A stretch of 64,000 bases of DNA from Heptranchias perlo (Eukaryota): NCBI RefSeq assembly GCF_035084215.1, contig NC_090370.1, forward strand, positions 25,730,001 to 25,794,000, read 5' to 3'. The notes under the pieces are model-generated. The model had not been told where the DNA came from. It did not search any database and saw only the letters and a list, made by a program, of their open reading frames with translations. A program made the translations under genes and the position numbers. Of the stretch, positions 56,274 to 64,000 are shown in pieces. Within the stretch, counting starts at the first letter, position 1, and every line of letters begins with the position of its first letter.

Positions 56274-56584
56274 CATTACAACTAATGTTTGGTCTAACAA
56301 AATGTACTTGCAGCTCGTCTCCATTCCCAGTTTTTCTAAATCCCACTCGTGCAATATAATGTGAAGAATTAGTTTCTGTTCTGTCCCTCTCTCATCTGCA
56401 AACTTCACTGTCCCGGGGTTTGGGGACATCTACTGGTCGGAAGCAGAACTGCAACAGTTCGGAACAAATTGCTGAAACCGGACAATGTGCAGTGTGAGCG
56501 TGTTTGTGATTGGTGGCAGGTACGAAATCTGATTGGATATCTCAAGAAATCAATCAGAGAGTGAAAGAAACAGGTGTGTCTTTG

Positions 56585-57460
56585 GGGATGTCTTACTGCT
56601 GTTATACAGGGCCTTGGTGAGACCACATCTGGAGTATTGTGTGCAGTTTTAGTCTCCTTATCTGAGGAAGGATGTCCTTGACATGGAGGGAGTGCAACGA
56701 AGGTTTACCAGACTGATTCCTGGGATGGCAGAACTGACGTATGAGGAGAGATTGGGTCGACTCGGCCAGTATTCACTCGAGTTAAAAGAATGAGAGGTGA
56801 TCTCTTCAAAACATATAAAATTCTAACAGGACTAGACAGACTAGATGCAGGGAGGATGTTCCCGATGGCTGGAGAGTCCAGAACCAGGGGTCAGAGTCTC
56901 AGGATACGGGGTATGCAATTTGGAACCGAGATGAGGAGAAATTTCTTCACACAGAGGGTGGTGAACCTGTGGAATTCTCTACCACAGAAGGCAGTGGAGG
57001 CAAAGTCATTCGATGTATTCAAGAATGAGATAGATATATTTCATACTGCTAAAGGGATCACGGGATATTAGAGCCAGACCTTTCAGGAGCGAGATTAGAA
57101 AACATTTCTCCACACAAAGGGTGGTAGAAGTTTGGAACTCTCTTCCGCAAACGGCAGTTGATACTAGTTCAATTGCTAAATTTAAATCTGAGATGGATAG
57201 CTTTTTGGCAACCAAAGGTATTAAGGGATATGGGCCAAAGGCGAGTACATGGAGTTAGAACACAGATCAGCCATGATCTTATCAAATGGCAGAGCAGGCA
57301 GGAGGGGCTGAATGGCCTGCTCCTGTTCCTATGTTTCTATATGGGGAAAAAGCGGGAACAGTGTACTGAGTTCGACGATCAGCCATGATCATTTTGAATG
57401 GCGGAGCAGACCCGAAGGGCGGAATGGCCGACTCTTACTCATATTTTCTATGTTTCTATG
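56585..57460 (+). mobile_element. Nested CR1 3' ends in an H2B promoter copy
   Basis: MRGDLFKTYKILTGLDRLD..FFTQRVVNLWNSLP. A second CR1 tail at ~57070-57340 interrupts the first. Confidence 0.85.
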
Positions 57461-57601
57461 TAAAGTGGCATCACTCCCATCCGTCCAATCACAATCATTG
57501 CCTTCACCCATCCTTCATTAGCATAGGGCTGTGCGGCTGCCGATTGAATCCGAGCTCGGAGCGGATTTGGGTCATTTCTGGGTCAGAAATTGAGTTTGAA
57601 A

Positions 57602-57688
57602 ATGCCTGAGGACAAGAAAACAGCTCCCAAGAAGGGCGCCAAGAAATCCTTCAGTAAAGCACCAGCCAACGGCGGCAAGAAGTCGTAA
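57602..57688 (+). pseudogene. H2B: Truncated histone H2B (N-terminal tail only)
   Basis: [28 protein letters not shown]-stop, then a switch to the H2A downstream flank on the opposite strand. Confidence 0.88.
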
Positions 57689-58169
57689 CTGACACAGGAA
57701 CAGAATAATTCCCTCGCTCACATCCAATAACAGACAAATGTGATTCACTGATTCAGTAATCGCTGTCACAATAATCAACACATCAGTCAGCTTCTGCTAT
57801 ACAAATCTGGGTAAAATAATACAGACCGAGCAAGTGTTGTCGGAGGATGAGACTGTAAATAATATTGGGTGGAACACAACAGAATGCCTCTTGATGCCGA
57901 TGATCAAACGTCCCTGGTATTTCTGTATCACACCCGCCCAGTTTAATGACAATTTTGATATTTTGTCTCATTCACCACACAAACTGCAAATATCAATCTA
58001 TTGGAGGTTGGCGACATCTGCTGTCCGGAAGCGAGTAATTCAACAGACCGATCTGGATCATTTGTGATGAAAAAGTTATTATTAGTTCTCGAATCGGAAT
58101 CAAGTCCTTATTAAATCAATACCTGACTCTCTTCAGAAAGTAACCAGCCCTTTCATAGATACAGTGGGT

Positions 58170-58185
58170 GGCTCTGAAAAGAGCC
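58170..58185 (-). terminator. H2A stem-loop
   Basis: GGCTCTTTTCAGAGCC-ACCCAC. Confidence 0.9.
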
Positions 58186-58215
58186 TTTGGGTTATCAGAT
58201 TAAATCTTGGCCGCT

Positions 58216-58710
<495 letters not shown>

Positions 58711-59479
58711 CTATTCACAATCTCATTGGGCTGTTCGTTGAACCAATCAGAGAGCTGCTTTATTCACCAATCAATAGCCGGCAATGAGAAAAGGGCGGAA
58801 AATACCGAACTGAACAGTTTATGAAATTTGAAAAGCCCGCCAATATATTTCCAACACAAGAAGCGGATTTAGTAAATAATGTCGCGTAAAGACAAAGATT
58901 TAAAAATCTCTCCTTTTACTCTGTTATTCCACATTTCCCGTCACAACTTCTAGAATCTTTTACAATCCGGTTAAAATCCGCCTTCATTCACCGTTCGCTT
59001 TCAATCGGGCGGGAATAAAGCCCCATTTTGTAACGGGACAGATTCCAGCTCAATCTTTGTAAAAGTAACAAACCACAGATTGTGGATTGATCCCTGTTCA
59101 CAGGAGCTGCAGCGCGATCGAAACCGGAGCCGAGACTCCTGGTGTAAGAAGTCGAACAGTGACAGAGTCTTTAGACTGTTCTGCACTCGGTGTGAACACC
59201 CTTTCGGGATTGCTGCTTTACAAAGGATTGCGGTTCTGAAAGTGATATTCCCGAATAATGAGCAAACAAAGGTGACAAGGAGAAAGAAATGACTGAAGTG
59301 TAATCCACCGCCTGAAAGCGGCTCTGATGGGGCAGATGCGGGGGAAGGGGCGGAATATGAGCGGGAATGAGAGGATCAAGGACACGTTTTTAGTTATTGG
59401 GACTGAATAAAAAAGCGATCCACTGATTATACCGGGCAGTGATTGAGAGAATCTTACAGATTTCAAGAGAAATTTCAAA

Positions 59480-59670
59480 AGCACAAGAACATCGGAACAG
59501 GGAGTCGGCCATTCAGCCCCTCTTTCCTGCTCCACCATTTGATAAGATCATGGCTGATCTGTGATCTAACTCCATACACCTGCCATTGGCCCATATCCCT
59601 TCATACCTTTCGTTGCCAAAAGCTATCTATCTGATTTAAATTTAGCATTTGAGCTGGTATCAATTGCCGT
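59480..59670 (-). mobile_element. CR1 3' tail
   Basis: Same tail as 11815-12000. Confidence 0.7.
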
Positions 59671-59756
59671 TAGAGAGAACGTCAGTGTCAAATTATCTAC
59701 AGTAAAATGATTCCACACAGAGGTGTCGGTACAGCGTCTTCAGAGAGACTGTGGGT

Positions 59757-59772
59757 GGCTCTTAAAAGAGCC
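59757..59772 (-). terminator. H2B stem-loop
   Basis: GGCTCTTTTAAGAGCC-ACCCAC. Confidence 0.9.
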
Positions 59773-59808
59773 TTTGTGTTTAAAATTTTTTCAGTTCATT
59801 GTGGAGTT

Positions 59809-60183
59809 TTACTTGGAGCTGGTGTATTTGGTCACCGCCTTTGTCCCTTCTGACACGGCGTGCTTGGCCAGTTCCCCGGGCAGCAGCAGGCGCACGGCGG
59901 TCTGGATCTCCCGGGAGCTGATGGTCGCCCGCTTGTTGTAATGGGCCAGGCGGGAAGCCTCACCCGCGATGCGCTCGAAAATGTCGTTCACAAAGGAGTT
60001 CATGATGCCCATGGCCTTGGAGGAGATGCCGGTGTCGGGGTGAACCTGCCTCATCACTTTGTAGATGTAGATGGAGTAACTCTCCTTCCTCGACTTTCTC
60101 CGCTTCTTGCCGCCTTTGACTGGTGCTTTATTCAAGGTTTTCTTGGCGCCCTTCTTGGGAGCTGCTTTCTTGTCCTCAGGCAT
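59809..60183 (-). CDS. H2B: Histone H2B (124 aa)
   Basis: Intact ORF MPEDKK..TKYTSSK. Confidence 0.96.
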   Translation of the reverse strand: MPEDKKAAPKKGAKKTLNKAPVKGGKKRRKSRKESYSIYIYKVMRQVHPDTGISSKAMGIMNSFVNDIFERIAGEASRLAHYNKRATISSREIQTAVRLLLPGELAKHAVSEGTKAVTKYTSSK

Positions 60184-61764
60184 TTTCAAACTCAATTTCA
60201 GACCCAGAAATGACCCAAATCCGCTCCGAGCTCGGATTAAATCGGCAGCCCCACAGCCCTATGGTAATGAGGGATGGGGGAAGCTAATGATTGTGATTGG
60301 GTCATTGGGTGATGCAACGTCGTCCATTATTTTCATTCTCTGATTGGATATCTGAAGAAACCAATCAGATTTAGTATCTGCCACCAATCACAAACACGCT
60401 CACACTGCACATTGTCCGGTTTCAGCAATTTGTTCCGAACTGTTGCAGTTTTGCTTCCGGCCAGTAGATGTCCCCAAACCCCGGGACAGTGAAGTTTGCA
60501 GATGAGAGAGGGACAGAACAGAAACTAATTCTTCACATTATATTGCACGAGTGGGATTTCGATAAACTGGGAATGGAGAACATTAGTTGTAATGCTGTAT
60601 TAAATGCTTTTAATTAATTTCGGGTTTATAGCCTATACTGAGGAATAATGCAACAAAATACAAGAAGACTTTAATAAGCTTGCTGAAAGGCGGTCGAAAT
60701 GGCCATTGAATTTCCATATAAAAAGGTGTGAGGTGGTGCATTTTGCTCGGAGAAATAAGGAGGCCACATACTGCTTGGAAATTAAGAGTCTAAATGGGGT
60801 GGAAGAACAAAGGGATTTCGGGGTACAGATTGATAAATGATTAAAAGTAGCAGCACAGGATGATAAGGCCATAAAAAAAGCAAACACAGAGGTTTATTTC
60901 CAGAGGAATAGAATTGTAAAGCAGGTAAGTTCTGTCGAACTGTAATTTAAACTGTCAAACCTTTGGCCAAACTGTTAAGCTTTCCTTTTCTGAAATCTGT
61001 GCTGAGTATTCTTTGTTATATTTTCGGTTTCTAGATGTTTTTCTGTTGCTTCATTGGGTAAAGGATTCCATGATCAATCCGACCACCGACCTTTAGTTAA
61101 CTGGTCTTATGTTCCCTGGACTTGTTCTACATCCTGTTTTAAAATATAAGAATCACATTAGCTGTCATCCAGTCCTCTGGCACTATTCCTTTTTTGATGA
61201 TTTTTTCCGATGCATGTAACAATGCCTCTGCTATCTCTTCCCTTGCTTCATTTAATATGCACAGATGCAATCTATCTGGACCAGGAGTTTAACCACACTT
61301 TCGAACATAAATGCCTTGATATCTTTATTGACCTCTTCCTCTAATACATTCACCCTGTTAATCTCCCGGGTAAATACTGAGGCAAAGTAACAATTCAACA
61401 TTTCTGCCATTTCGCTGACGTTACATGTGAGTTTATCTTGTGCATCACTTAGTGGCACTCAATCAATTCTGATTTTCCTTTTGTTATTTTTGTGTCAGTG
61501 GAATAATTTACTATTTCTTTTTATATTCCTTGATAATTTGCTTCCCGAATTGTTTTGGTGACTTCTTCCGAACCTCTTCCTATTCGTTTTTGCCATCCTC
61601 TTATTTAATATCTATGAATGAGAAATTCCACCAGCTTGTTGTGTCTGTTCAGGGGCTGATGTTTGGGAACTATTTATTGTCTATGATTAAAATGCCAGAA
61701 ACCCAAAGGGAGCAATTCAGTCCGAAACTCCACAGAAACACTCGACTTCTCCCTCCTGGTGAAA

Positions 61765-61836
61765 TAAGGCGCTATAATGGTGAGTATAGCTGCCTTCCAA
61801 GCAGTTAATTCCAACAGGTTTGAATCCCAGCACGCT
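61765..61836 (+). pseudogene. tRNA-Gly(TCC)-derived relic
   Basis: TATAATGGTGAGTATAGCTGCCTTCCAAGCAGTT has an intact anticodon arm; the termini are degraded. Confidence 0.6.
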
Positions 61837-64000
61837 GAATTCAGAAACACCAAGACTGGAACTGAATTTGATGATGTTCAGAGGGACAGTGTTTCCAAAA
61901 CACAAACGGGTTTAATTTATATTAAAAATACTTTTAAAATTCATTTATTTCCCGCATAATGTTGAATTTAACTCTGTTCCTTTGTATTATTACTTGCCCT
62001 GATCTGTACGGTGGATACGAGACACAATTGCTCGGATTCAGTGAAATTAATTGATTTTCGGAAGTTTTTCCTCTGATGATTCCTTTTCCTTATTTAAATT
62101 ATATCGGATTAACCTTTCTGATCTATTGAAGGGTCATCGTCCTGAACCGTTAACCCGAGCCTCCCTTCTCCACAGGTGCTGCCGGACCTGCTGAGTCTTT
62201 CCAGCATTTTCGGTTTTAATTTTTTCTGTATTTTGTCCCTTTCACTTTTGACGGTCGCCGTTGAACCTTCCAGATTTGCGCTCAGTTTTTATTTGTGCTT
62301 CAGTTCGGTTTATTTGAATTAATATAAATCGTGTCCTGAGAAATCAGACAGAAATATTGTGCAATGGAGAGTGAAATATAATGGGGCAACTTTCGAATGA
62401 GCAAAACAAAAACTTTATTATGAATCAATTGTCTAATTTTTCACTGAAAAACATGAAAAAATATGAGAGTAGAAGTTACAGAGAGAAACTATTTCCTCAC
62501 ATTGCACATTGTCCTGAATCTGAAACAACGACAGATAATGTGAATTTCTTCCGCTCTGTTACAGTTCTCACTTATGGCCAGTCGATGTCAGATTGTATGT
62601 GAGTGTGAGAGTAATTCTCTGTCTGTCAGTTTCTGGTACTGTATGTGAGCGTGATATTCATTCTGTATCCGTCAGTCGCCAGTTCAGTCTGCGAGTGTGG
62701 GATTCATTCTGTATCTGTCAATCTGTGGGAATGTGTGTGAGTGTGGGATTCATTCTGTCTCTGTCAATCTCTGGTATTTTATCTCAGTGTTGGATTCATT
62801 CTGTACCTCAGTCTCTGGGCAAAGTGCAAGTCTGGATTCGTTCTGTATTCTTATTTCAGGCTGCAGTATGGTGCTTGAAACTGTATCTTTAATTCACTAA
62901 TTTATGCAAATCTTTTGTGTAGCATTAATTTGTAAATATGGATACACTTTTGGATTTTGTTTCAATCAAACAACGTGTGGGAGTTTTTTGTCGGATTATA
63001 TCTTAATCTCTGTGAAGATAATGTACACTTCAGTCTTTTACTGTGAAATTATTGGACTGGTATTTATGGTGTAGCTCAGTCAGTACTAATGGAATTGACA
63101 CTCTTTCTTTCAGTCTGACACGGTATGAGATATTTGGACTCGTGTGTAAGGTGCAGCTCACTCTGTACTCATGGAATTGACACTCTTTCTTTCAGTCTGA
63201 CACTGTATGAGATTTTTGGACTGGTGTGTAATGTGTGGTTCAGTCTGCACGAATGGAATTAACATTCCAACTTTCAGTCAGACACTGCAAGAGATTTTTG
63301 GTCTCGTTTGTAATGTGTAGCTTAGCCTACATTAATAGGATTCATGCTGTATGTTTCAGTTTGATAAAGTATCAGATTTTTGGACGGTATATAATGTGTA
63401 GCTCAGTCTGCACTAATGGAATTTATACTGTACCTTTCAATCTGATACAAACCAGCCTAAATATATTACACAGTAAGGTGTAGTTCAGTCTGCACTAATG
63501 GAATTGATACTGTATCTTTCAATTTGTTACTGAATGTGACTTTTGGACTTGAATCTAATGTATACCTCAGTCTGCACTAATGGGATTGATGCTGTATCTT
63601 ACAGTCTGATACTGTGTGAGATTTCTATACTGGTATGTAACATGTAGGTCAGTCTGTACTAATCACATCGATACCATATCTTTCAGTCTGATATTGTACC
63701 CGATTTTTGGACAGGTATCTGATGTGAACGTCTGTATGCAGTAAAGGAATTGATACTGTACTTTCAGTTTGACACAATGTGATTTTTGGACAGGTAACTA
63801 ATGTGTACCTCAGTCTGCACGAATGGGAATGATACTGTACCTTCCAGTACAATAATTTATGTGAATATTGGTCTTGTATATAATGTGTAGCTCAATCTGC
63901 ACTTATGGAAGTTATACTGTATCATTCAACTTGGCACTGTGATTTTTGGACTGGTATGTGATGTGTTGCTCAGTCTGCACAATTGGGGTTGATACTGTGT

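Larger units (their letters stand above)
59750..64000. repeat. Inverted segmental duplicate of ~38980-43655 (H2B, CR1 relics, Gly relic, satellites)
   Basis: 60190-60600 is the reverse complement of 42780-43220, 61250-62000 of 41420-42185, and 62270-64000 of the satellite region. Confidence 0.9.

Overview
Vertebrate DNA, most consistent with a cartilaginous fish (shark/ray) judging by repeat content: CR1 and L2 LINEs, Deu-domain SINE, Penelope-like elements, hAT/Buster and Harbinger relics. The window is a mixed tRNA and replication-dependent histone gene cluster. Apparently intact histone genes are H2B (x2), H3.2, H4, H1 and H2A, each with a 3' stem-loop. There are also three H2A pseudogenes or fragments and one truncated H2B. 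The first ~18 kb is a large, diverged palindrome carrying tRNA genes and pseudogenes. The region from ~34 to 64 kb is built from direct and inverted segmental duplications of a histone/satellite unit. Most notable: (i) a near-intact tRNA-Arg(TCG) with a 17-nt insertion at the canonical 37/38 intron site, plus tRNA-Pro and tRNA-Lys relics with similar insertions, in isotypes that lack introns in mammals; (ii) several Penelope-derived insertions, some fold-back, carrying minimal dimer-type hammerhead ribozymes and clear target-site duplications; (iii) histone, tRNA and LINE chimeras. All identifications were made by eye from remembered consensus sequences, with no database searches. Repeat boundaries are approximate.
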